Source: a virus. From it: DNA of 22,196 bases. Of this stretch, positions 15,460-21,459 are shown piece after piece. Made by a program: the position numbers and the translations under genes. The stretch is from positions 160,918-183,113 of IMG/VR virus record IMGVR_UViG_3300026549_000035; one strand, 5' to 3'. The number at the start of each line of letters is the position of its first letter. Position 1 is the stretch's first letter. Under the pieces are notes generated by a model. That model saw nothing but the letters and a program-made list of their open reading frames with translations, ran no database searches and was not told the origin of the DNA.

Positions 15460-15575
15460 ATAATTAAAAACTGTGAAGATTATAGTTTTATAGTAAAAAT
15501 TAAGAAATTATATTGAAAATTGTAAAAATTGCGGTTTTATATTAAAAATTGCAATTCTATGTAGAAAATTGTGGT
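15460..15575. repeat. Iteron-like AAAATTG(Y) repeats phased at about 10 and 20 bp
   Basis: aaaattg copies begin at 15516, 15525, 15545 and 15565, with variant copies upstream. Confidence 0.6.
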
Positions 15576-15579
15576 TTAG

Positions 15580-15620
15580 TGGTGGCCCCGTTCGGTGTTA
15601 ATTGTAACACCATTTTATCG
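15580..15620 (+). other. CCCCGTTCGGTG motif (inverted copy of the island motif) plus the GGTGTTA-ATTG-TAACACC hairpin with a T-tract
   Basis: ggtggccccgttcggtgttaattgtaacaccattttat. Confidence 0.5.
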
Positions 15621-15640
15621 TAATCGTCATCGTTATCATA

Positions 15641-15689
15641 ATAAATAAAAAACCCTTGAGCAACTCGCTCAAGGGTTTTTCTTATTTTC
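15641..15689. terminator. Bidirectional rho-independent terminator
   Basis: AAAAAACCCTTGAGC, loop AACTC, GCTCAAGGGTTTTTCTTATTTT. Confidence 0.85.
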
Positions 15690-15696
15690 ACTTTTA

Positions 15697-16131
15697 TTAT
15701 CTAACCATTCGATTAAGGAAATCCTCAATAGGGTCGACTGCATGAACTGCACCAGCCTTTTGGCTCTTATTTTTCAATGCTTCGAGCTCCTGGCTTAGCT
15801 CAATATACTTAGTGAGAAAAGGAAGAGATTCATCGATAACTTTAACGATCTCTTCTGGATCAGCCTCTTCGATAGCATCAAGAATCTCATCATCAACCTC
15901 ATAAACTGCCAAAAGATCTTCAAATGCAAAGAGAACTGCTTCTACAGCCGCTATCTTCTGGGCAAAAAGATTATCCTGCTTTGCTTTTGCTTCAGCTTCT
16001 GCTTTTTTGGCAGCTTCCGCAGCCTTATGCTTCTCATTTGCTTCGTTCAAGCTCTTGGTAAGTGATGCAGCAATATCTTCCGCCGACTCACCATTCTGTA
16101 GACGCTCAAGAATCTCATTTGTATAATCCAT
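15697..16131 (-). CDS. acidic Ala/Glu/Lys-rich protein, 144 aa; paralog of 2660..3058
   Basis: GC-richer than its surroundings. Class I promoter copy 7 is immediately upstream and a strong terminator lies downstream. Ends in TAA. Confidence 0.65.
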   Translation of the reverse strand: MDYTNEILERLQNGESAEDIAASLTKSLNEANEKHKAAEAAKKAEAEAKAKQDNLFAQKIAAVEAVLFAFEDLLAVYEVDDEILDAIEEADPEEIVKVIDESLPFLTKYIELSQELEALKNKSQKAGAVHAVDPIEDFLNRMVR

Positions 16132-16166
16132 TTATAAAAACCTCTTTTCTTTTATTTTCTATATAT

Positions 16167-16195
16167 ATTATATCAAAAATTTTTATAAAAATCAA
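16167..16195 (-). promoter_or_regulatory. Class I promoter, copy 7
   Basis: Minus strand reads TTGATT (16195..16190), a 17-nt spacer, then TATAAT (16172..16167). Confidence 0.7.
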
Positions 16196-16199
16196 ATTT

Positions 16200-16705
16200 A
16201 GGCTCGTAAAGCCACGAAAATTTTTCTGTGGAAAGAAATTCATGAGAACTTCCTTTTGGATAGCTGGGCTGATAAAAATCAGCCTTTGTAAATACGCCAT
16301 AGCAAAGATGAGAACTATGCGTTTTTCCCCGAACGGACATCCGAACGGGAATGGACAGGAACGAAAGAGCTGCGGAAAATTTTTGGTTTTTTTTAATATT
16401 ATACCAAAAAATTTTTTGAAAGTCAAACAAGTAATTATAAAAACAAACACCGAGCGGGGCCGGCAAGTAACTTTCAAATGAGATAAAAGCCATATGGGGC
16501 AAACACCGAACGGGGGCCCGCCCGGGGGGGCAGAGTGGTAAAAAAAAATTTCCCATTTCGGGAAAATGAGATGCCATATGGGGGGCCGCACTTGCCCTCG
16601 AAAAATTTGCATATGGGGTTAGGTGCGGGAATTCGGGCGACGTCTATTGTCGTCGGCCCGATGATTTTATCGCTTTAAGCCACTAAAGTGCCCGGGCGCA
16701 AACCC
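16200..16705. other. GC-rich non-coding island with reiterated CACCGAACGGGG and CATATGGGG motifs and several hairpins. The overlapping track ORFs here are judged spurious.
   Basis: caccgagcgggg at 16448, caccgaacgggg at 16504, ccccgaacgg and ccgaacggg near 16326..16347. catatgggg appears three times near 16491, 16575 and 16610. A bulged hairpin GGGCGACG...CGTCGGCCC is also present. Confidence 0.6.
16538..16568 (-). terminator. Rho-independent terminator for the minus-strand class II unit arrays
   Basis: Minus strand reads ATTTTCCCGAAATGGGAAAT followed by TTTTTTTTT. Confidence 0.7.
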
Positions 16706-16707
16706 TA

Positions 16708-16926
16708 TTAATTAATAGGGGGCGCAATTTTAGTAATCATATTTTCATAAAGGCATATTAATCCTTGATCGAAATGAACCCAAGGAATCATGTCACCCTC
16801 ACGATTCAAGATATACCAACCGACAGTCTTTTTCTTCTCTCTCCAATCCCAAAATTCACACCAGTAGTGAGAGACAAAGCGAGGCCTAATTTTCGTATTC
16901 CACCAAAATCTGAAGTTTGTAAACAT
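16708..16926 (-). CDS. hypothetical Trp-rich small protein, 72 aa
   Basis: It has its own class II promoter. The stop TAA is embedded in the hairpin CCCTATTAATTAATAGGG. Confidence 0.5.
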   Translation of the reverse strand: MFTNFRFWWNTKIRPRFVSHYWCEFWDWREKKKTVGWYILNREGDMIPWVHFDQGLICLYENMITKIAPPIN

Positions 16927-16956
16927 CTTTATTATCTCCTTTTCTTTGATGTATTT

Positions 16957-16985
16957 ATTATAGCGTGAATAAATTAAAATGTCAA
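16957..16985 (-). promoter_or_regulatory. Class II promoter: TTGACA-17-TATAAT, no operator
   Basis: Minus strand reads TTGACA TTTTAATTTATTCACGC TATAAT, then the conserved leader AAATACATCAAAGAAAAGGAG. Confidence 0.7.
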
Positions 16986-16991
16986 GAGTTT

Positions 16992-17174
16992 TTAAAAATC
17001 TTCTTTTCTTTTTATGATTCGTTTATTATTTTTTGAATCAATAATAATAACATACTTATCACCTACACGAGCACGCCAATGGTGAGAAAAGAAGTAGTCT
17101 GCAATAGTTTCCTTGTTATTATCACAGACAGACCAAGTATGATCTGAAAATAAAAGAATTACTTTATCAATCAT
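16992..17174 (-). CDS. hypothetical small protein, 60 aa; weakly similar to the 16708..16926 product (SHHW / SHYW motif)
   Basis: Own class II promoter and operator. Ends in TAA. Confidence 0.45.
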   Translation of the reverse strand: MIDKVILLFSDHTWSVCDNNKETIADYFFSHHWRARVGDKYVIIIDSKNNKRIIKRKEDF

Positions 17175-17203
17175 TTTTATCTCTCCCTTTTTTTGATATA
17201 TTT

Positions 17204-17252
17204 ATTATAACATACTATAACTTAATTGTCAATAATTATTACAATTTTGTAA
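17204..17252 (-). promoter_or_regulatory. Class II promoter (TTGACA-17-TATAAT) with the upstream operator TTACAA-TT-TTGTAA (17239..17252)
   Basis: tgtcaa at 17227..17232, attata at 17204..17209 and ttacaattttgtaa at 17239..17252 on the plus strand. Confidence 0.7.
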
Positions 17253-17265
17253 CCAGCCCGGGTGC

Positions 17266-17292
17266 AGTTCTCTCACCAGTGGAGAGAGAACA
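17266..17292 (-). other. Stop-overlapping hairpin GTTCTCTC...GAGAGAAC at the end of 17273..17560
   Basis: gttctctcaccagtggagagagaac. Confidence 0.5.
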
Positions 17293-17560
17293 CATAGCTT
17301 ACCTTATGATTAAATTTAACTTGATATCCTAATGTTTCGTAATAATTACGAATAATAGTATTTCTTTCATCTGTGTCCAAATCATAAAAACGGTTTCTAT
17401 CTTGAAATCTTAGAAGGATACAAGTTTCGCCCCTACTTGCGGCTGTTTCTATTAACTTATCAAAACGATTAAACTCAGAAAAAAGATAGCTATTAGCAAT
17501 TTCTTTTCTCTTTGTTTGAGCTTCTGTGGCTATCTGTCTTGCTTCTTTTGCACTAATCAT
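17273..17560 (-). CDS. hypothetical protein, 95 aa
   Basis: AAAGGAG SD 9 nt upstream. In an operon 5 nt after 17566..17832. Ends in TGA. Confidence 0.55.
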   Translation of the reverse strand: MISAKEARQIATEAQTKRKEIANSYLFSEFNRFDKLIETAASRGETCILLRFQDRNRFYDLDTDERNTIIRNYYETLGYQVKFNHKVSYVFSLHW

Positions 17561-17565
17561 CTTAT

Positions 17566-17832
17566 TTACTCCTTTTCTAAACAGCGATTAATAAATCGAC
17601 TTATCTTATCTTCTGCAACAGAAACTTCTTTTAAAAGTGAAAATAAGAAATCATTAAAATTATCGTCATAATAAAGAGCGACAAAACTATTGATATCCCC
17701 AGTACCGTGAGTTTCTTCTGCGATAAAATCAGTAATAAGGTCAATCATGCGAGTTACTATCTGAACAGCTTGTAAATTTTTTTCATCAAGATTTAAAGAA
17801 ACCTTTATTACTTTTTCAGAGTCTATTGTCAT
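17566..17832 (-). CDS. hypothetical acidic protein, 88 aa
   Basis: Class II promoter and operator upstream. Ends in TAA. Confidence 0.55.
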   Translation of the reverse strand: MTIDSEKVIKVSLNLDEKNLQAVQIVTRMIDLITDFIAEETHGTGDINSFVALYYDDNFNDFLFSLLKEVSVAEDKISRFINRCLEKE

Positions 17833-17863
17833 TTTTTTTATCTCCTTTTCTTTTGATGTATTT

Positions 17864-17917
17864 ATTATAGCACATCAAGATAAAAAAGTCAATAGTTAAA
17901 ATATTACAATTTTGTAA
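17864..17917 (-). promoter_or_regulatory. Class II promoter (TTGACT-17-TATAAT) with the operator TTACAATTTTGTAA (17904..17917) and the GCCCGGGCG box (17921..17929)
   Basis: agtcaa at 17887..17892 and attata at 17864..17869. The conserved leader is AAATACATCAAAAGAAAAGGAGATAAAAAAAATG. Confidence 0.7.
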
Positions 17918-17942
17918 TCTGCCCGGGCGCAAACCCCTTTGA

Positions 17943-18294
17943 TTAATCATCTTCAAAGGGGCATTCGTCAAACCAAGGACAAGAAGAAGCGCAAGATTCA
18001 GCAGAATCATCACATGGAACATTTAACTTGAAATCATCGGGAAGTGGGAGAGGAGGAAATATTACTTGATCATTTATGATGTGCGCTCCTGACTCAAGAG
18101 CTTCTGCGATGTCAAACCCTTGGAGCCAATCAAGTAAGGCTTCTGCGCAACTTTTTTAAGCAGGTATCCTCATCAACCTTTTGACGGTATTTATCACAAG
18201 CTGTCCAATCGCCTACTTCATAGATAGGACAATCATTACAATAAACTGTTGCTTTGTCAATAAGTTTTTTAAGTTTATTATCATTTACAATCAT
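17943..18294 (-). CDS. Cys-rich protein, about 117 aa, interrupted by a +1 frameshift at an A6 run (minus-strand heptamer A_AAA_AAG, plus-strand T6 at 18152..18157)
   Basis: Frame 0 from ATG 18294 reads MIVNDNKLKKLIDKATVYCNDCPIYEVGDWTACDKYRQKVDEDTCLKK and then stops soon at TGA 18132. The +1 frame is open from just before the A-run to TAA 17945 and reads KSCAEALLDWLQGFDIAEALESGAH...NVPCDDSAESCASSCPWFDECPFEDD. Removing one A joins the two frames. Confidence 0.5.
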
Positions 18295-18332
18295 TTTTAT
18301 AACCTCTCTTCTTAACCTTTTGGAACAAGCTC

Positions 18333-18590
18333 TTAGTAATCAACACTAATGTAACACGCTTCACCACGAGTCATACCATTTTCAAGTAAAACTTCTGCAA
18401 CATAACGCTCAGGTTTATTTAATTCCTCAAAATCTTTTTCATCTTTAGGAATCCAAAAATAAATTGCGCCACTTTGTGGAGGGCAGTATGATTCGTTAAA
18501 TTCTCCTTCTACATCTTCACCATATTTTTTTTGAATAAGGGTAAAAACTTCACTGGAATCATACACTTTATACATTTTGAACTGAAACAT
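18333..18590 (-). CDS. hypothetical protein, 85 aa
   Basis: Class II promoter and operator upstream. Ends in TAA. Confidence 0.55.
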   Translation of the reverse strand: MFQFKMYKVYDSSEVFTLIQKKYGEDVEGEFNESYCPPQSGAIYFWIPKDEKDFEELNKPERYVAEVLLENGMTRGEACYISVDY

Positions 18591-18620
18591 TTTTTTATCT
18601 CCTTTTCTTTTGATGTATTA

Positions 18621-18669
18621 AGTATAACACAGTCAGAAGAAAAAGTCAATAGCTATTACAATTTTGTAA
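18621..18669 (-). promoter_or_regulatory. Class II promoter (TTGACT-17-TATACT) with the operator TTACAATTTTGTAA (18656..18669) and the GCGCCCGGGCGC box (18684..18695)
   Basis: agtcaa at 18644..18649 and agtata at 18621..18626. Confidence 0.65.
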
Positions 18670-18695
18670 CTTTTTTTTTATTGCGCCCGGGCGCT

Positions 18696-18800
18696 CGGAG
18701 GCGTTTACACTCGCTATCCGAGGCACTACTCAGGAACGTGGTAGGAGCACGTCACTCTTTTCATGTCCTACCCTCGAATAGCAACTGTAAACGCCCCCAG
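18696..18800. ncRNA. A ~105-nt GC-rich long imperfect hairpin (about 30 bp paired in three stem segments) inserted between a gene-end hairpin and a promoter box. It is a candidate structured RNA or protein-binding palindrome of unknown class.
   Basis: Outer stem GGCGTTTACA/TGTAAACGCC, middle stem GCTATCCGAGG/CCTCGAATAGC with one wobble pair, inner stem GGTAGGA/TCCTACC. A 17-nt asymmetric loop contains ACGTG. It fails a tRNA cloverleaf test. Confidence 0.35.
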
Positions 18801-18805
18801 GGGGG

Positions 18806-18828
18806 GTTGAGGGGTTAACCCTCAACCT
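18806..18828 (-). other. Perfect 9-bp hairpin GGTTGAGGG-GTTAA-CCCTCAACC overlapping the stop of 18815..19212
   Basis: ggttgaggggttaaccctcaacc. Confidence 0.6.
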
Positions 18829-19212
18829 CAGCAGGAGCTTCATAGACTCCCACAGGAGCGAAGTAGGTTCTGCGCTTTACGCTACCCTTAGACAGCTCAC
18901 CGGCCTGAATAGCCTGACGAAGCAAAGCAGAAACATGCTGATTGCTGTCGCCTTCAACCGCAGGACACTCTTTGAGCAAATCGCTAACGGTGTAACCGTT
19001 CGACCCCTCAACAAAGTGAGTATCGATATACTCTACCAGACGCTCACGAACAACAGCGTTCTCAGTCTGACGAGCGGTAGGTTTACGCTCTATGCCAGAC
19101 TTCTTGTCGAGCTGTTCAACCATCTTCTGGAGCTTCTCAGCTACCTCGGTAGGCAGGTCATAACTCTCCAAACATAAGCAAGAGCCTTACGGTTAGTCAT
19201 CTTATTAGTCAT
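18815..19212 (-). CDS. GC-rich (roughly 50% by eye) putative DNA-binding protein of uncertain fold. The RBS-supported start ATG 19212 is out of frame by 1 nt with the long ORF, so there is a frameshift or indel near 19166..19176.
   Basis: AAAGGA SD 9 nt before ATG 19212, which gives MTNKMTNRKALAYV. The long ORF from TTG 19171 has no SD and reads ESYDLPTEVAEKLQKMVEQLDKK... Inserting one T in the TTT run joins them as ...ALAYVLESYDL.... Codon composition is unlike its neighbours. Confidence 0.5.
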
Positions 19213-19290
19213 AGTATCAATCCTTTCAGCGTTGGTCGCCACCCAAATTTTTATTGTCAAGGGAGGTTTTCCTTCCCTTTGACTGTCTTT

Positions 19291-19345
19291 ATTATATCAC
19301 ATAGAGAGGAAAAAGTCAAGGGGGTTTTCAAATTTTTTTGAAAAT
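19291..19345 (-). promoter_or_regulatory. Class II-type promoter (TTGACT-17-TATAAT) with a different upstream palindrome, TTTTCAAA-N4-TTTGAAAA (19326..19345), and a structured leader
   Basis: agtcaa at 19314..19319 and attata at 19291..19296. The leader hairpin GTCAAAGGGAAGG-AAAA-CCTCCCTTGAC is at 19256..19286. Confidence 0.55.
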
Positions 19346-19533
19346 CTGTTTCGTTACCGTGTATCCACAAAAGAGAGAACCTCGTGGGAGGGACTTTTTA
19401 TCTCTCTCCCCTTGACTGTAATATTATTATAGCAGATTCAATTGGTTTTGTCTATTGGCAAAATGCACAAAGGATTTTCAACATTTTGTTTTATTTTGTG
19501 CATTTTGCCGGGGCACCCGGGCGCTGAGTGCTA

Positions 19534-19866
19534 TTACGAAATAAAGGCAATAGCACGACAGTCAGGCTTCCACTCAAAAAACTTTTCTAAGTGATATTTA
19601 TTATAGAATTTTAAAAATGCTTGTTCATCTTTTGGATTTAAAACATACTTATCTTTATTAAATTCTTTAATATCTTCACCATAGTCAAGGATAGTATACA
19701 CAACCCCAACAAAATGCTCTTCGTCTGCCCAATCATTAAGGCATTTTGCCCATTTGTTTTCCCAGCCTTCACGGTCATTAATATCCTCAATAATATCTTC
19801 AATTGCTTCAAAATCTTCTTTACTAATAATTATGCCGTAACCAATAGCAAAAGAAAAATCTATAGC
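19534..19866 (-). CDS. hypothetical protein, about 110 aa from ATG 19866
   Basis: An AAAGGAG SD lies 9 nt before ATG 19866, and the track start at 19878 abuts the SD. It is in an operon after 19897..20337. The stop is embedded in the hairpin GTGCTATT...AATAGCAC. Confidence 0.5.
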   Translation of the reverse strand, partial: AIDFSFAIGYGIIISKEDFEAIEDIIEDINDREGWENKWAKCLNDWADEEHFVGVVYTILDYGEDIKEFNKDKYVLNPKDEQAFLKFYNKYHLEKFFEWKPDCRAIAFIS

Positions 19867-19896
19867 CATTTTTTTCATCTCCTTTCTTTGTCCCCC

Positions 19897-20337
19897 TCAA
19901 GCCGCAAGAAGCGACTTGAGGGTTTCAATCATTTCATCAGCAGGACAAGCACGACCTGTCCATGCTTCAAGGTGTCGAACTTCATCATCAAACAGAATAT
20001 CCTCGCCAGAATTTACATCATTTTTTGTAAACCAGTAAGGAACAAAACGAATCTCATCAAAACGAACGCTTTTAAGGTGACGATTAAGCCACATTTTTTT
20101 TGCCTTGATTACTGCTTCATCATATTCTGCGGAGCTGTTCTTTGACAAAGCGGTAACAATGCAAATTTCAAAACCGTTGCGCTGAACTCTATTCATCAGC
20201 CGAGCCAGAAGCGAAAGATTTACAAGGGGTTTTGCTTCTGCGTAGGGGGTAGGGTCAGAATTGATTAACTTTTCAAGCCAATCATTAACCCCATAAAGGT
20301 CAGCAATAGTGCCGTCCATGTCAAACCAAATTCTCAT
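19897..20337 (-). CDS. HAD-superfamily 5'(3')-deoxyribonucleotidase (NT5C/YorS-like)
   Basis: The N-terminal HAD motif I WFDMDGTIADL (DxDGT) and the overall 146-aa size and pattern match phage and Bacillus 5'-nucleotidases. Ends in TGA. Confidence 0.6.
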   Translation of the reverse strand: MRIWFDMDGTIADLYGVNDWLEKLINSDPTPYAEAKPLVNLSLLARLMNRVQRNGFEICIVTALSKNSSAEYDEAVIKAKKMWLNRHLKSVRFDEIRFVPYWFTKNDVNSGEDILFDDEVRHLEAWTGRACPADEMIETLKSLLAA

Positions 20338-20360
20338 AGGGTATCAATCCTTTCTCTCTT

Positions 20361-20389
20361 TGATGTATTTATTATATCATACTCTAAAT
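20361..20389 (-). promoter_or_regulatory. Class II promoter (TTGACA-17-TATAAT), no TTACAA operator. The GCGCCCGGGCG box is at 20456..20466.
   Basis: tgtcaa at 20384..20389 and attata at 20361..20366. Conserved leader AAATACATCAAAGAGAGAAAGGA. Confidence 0.65.
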
Positions 20390-20469
20390 AAAATGTCAAT
20401 ACTTTTTCTATTATTATTATAACAAATTTTTTAATATTTTTCAAAGAAGTCTTTTTGCGCCCGGGCGTA

Positions 20470-20504
20470 AATTAAAAAGCGGAATGTAAAGGCATTCCGC
20501 TTTA
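20470..20504 (-). terminator. Rho-independent terminator for 20502..20705; 11-bp perfect stem
   Basis: AAAGCGGAATG, loop TAAAGG, CATTCCGCTTT, with TTTAATTT on the minus strand. Confidence 0.65.
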
Positions 20505-20705
20505 ACAATTATCTGAAAAACAACCCAAATAAGGATCATAGCCTACTTCATAATCACAATCATCTATTTCAGACTCATTGTTATAATAAGCTGCTTCATC
20601 ACATTCTAAGATAGGATTACTCTCAGGGTACATGGAGCAATTACCATACTTATAATAAGGACAAGTACAATCTGCTACAGGACACTCAAAAACTTTTTTA
20701 TTCAT
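20502..20705 (-). CDS. small Cys-rich protein, 67 aa from ATG 20705
   Basis: An AAAGG SD lies 9 nt upstream. The translation MNKKVFECPVADCTCPYYKYGNCSMYPESNPILECDE...CDYEVGYDPYLGCFSDNC has 9 Cys. Ends in TAA. Confidence 0.5.
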   Translation of the reverse strand: MNKKVFECPVADCTCPYYKYGNCSMYPESNPILECDEAAYYNNESEIDDCDYEVGYDPYLGCFSDNC

Positions 20706-20738
20706 TAGTATCAACCTTTCTTCTTTTATTGTGATTAT

Positions 20739-20803
20739 AGTATAGCATGAAAAAATTATTTTGTCAAGGATTTTTTGGTTACAATCTTGTAATCTGCCCG
20801 GGG
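20739..20803 (-). promoter_or_regulatory. Class II promoter (TTGACA-17-TATACT) with the operator TTACAA-TC-TTGTAA (20779..20792) and the GCCCGGGG box
   Basis: tgtcaa at 20762..20767 and ttacaatcttgtaa at 20779..20792. Confidence 0.65.
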
Positions 20804-20807
20804 CGAA

Positions 20808-20834
20808 GCCAGACCTCCCCCATTAAAAGGGGAG
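20808..20834 (-). other. Perfect 9-bp hairpin GACCTCCCC-ATTAAAA-GGGGAGGTC overlapping the stop of the HD gene
   Basis: gacctcccccattaaaaggggaggtc. Confidence 0.6.
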
Positions 20835-21433
20835 GTCGCTGTCGTCAAGGATAAAATCCTCGGGGTGAGCGTCAATCTCATACTCTGCGGTAAGAGTAGG
20901 AATATCCCAAAATGACCTTGAAGCAATATAATCAGACAAGTGAACAAGGCGGTCAACAGGGGTGAAAGGTCTATCTTCTTTCGGCTCAGTCCATTGACCC
21001 ATGTGTGACTTAATCGCCAGTAAAAGCACTTCGGGAGCTTCTTCATTGAAAAATTCCTGCCATGCTTCTTTAACAGCATTTGAAGCGTGCAAACCGTGTT
21101 GCTTGAAGCAATTTTTATCTTCTTCTAAACCGCCGTATTTATAAGTGTCGTGAAGAATACAAGCGACTTTTGCATAATCTTTGTATTCATCTCTCATATA
21201 CGCATAAGTATTCATGCGTAAAAGTTCTTCACATACCATCACAACGGCTCTTGTATGACGAATTAAACCGCCCTCGCCCTGAGCGAATACAGGGTGATAT
21301 TTACCAGAAGAAGAAGCCCCAGACTTTTTAAACCATTCCCCAACACGAGTGTCAAGAAAAAATCGAGTGAAGTCTTTCAAATCTTCGCTTTGGATAAGCT
21401 GGATTTCACGCTCAAAAAATTTACTTAACTGCA
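20823..21433 (-). CDS. HD-domain metal-dependent phosphohydrolase, about 203 aa from ATG 21433
   Basis: H..H (GKYHP...IRHTRAV), HD (ACILHDTYKYG), H (HGLHASN) and D (LVHLSDY) motifs. An AAAGGA SD is 10 nt before ATG 21433. The track start at 21533 would run through the promoter and operator, so it is rejected. Confidence 0.6.
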
Positions 21434-21459
21434 TTTGTATCAAATCCTTTCTCTCTTTG

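Noticed and set aside
15580-16465. IS or MITE-like mobile element bounded by the inverted CCCCGTTCGGTG / CACCGAGCGGGG motifs
   Set aside because: No transposase or integrase ORF and no target-site duplication. The bounded segment carries an ordinary promoter-gene-terminator unit, and more copies of the motif occur in direct orientation inside the island. A recombination or binding-site role is more likely than transposition.
16062-16612. Three overlapping ORF-track predictions, 16062..16481 on the plus strand and 16115..16612 and 16173..16577 on the minus strand
   Set aside because: They overlap each other in different frames and lie in the GC-rich repeat island beyond a terminator. They have odd Pro/Gly/Phe-rich low-complexity translations and no RBS, so they are treated as spurious.
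16583-16660. Possible tRNA between GGGCCG (16583) and CGGCCC (16654) in the GC island
   Set aside because: The terminal 6-bp pairing and about 77-nt span are tRNA-like, but the D-arm would need a 13-nt loop without GG, and no T-loop or anticodon arm fits.
18696-18800. Possible tRNA, for example a suppressor tRNA-CUA, in the GC-rich structured element
   Set aside because: I tried to fit a cloverleaf. The acceptor-like stem is 9 to 10 bp and there is no 5+7+5 T-arm, no GTTCRA T-loop, and no anticodon stem of correct geometry. It is a long imperfect hairpin, not a tRNA.
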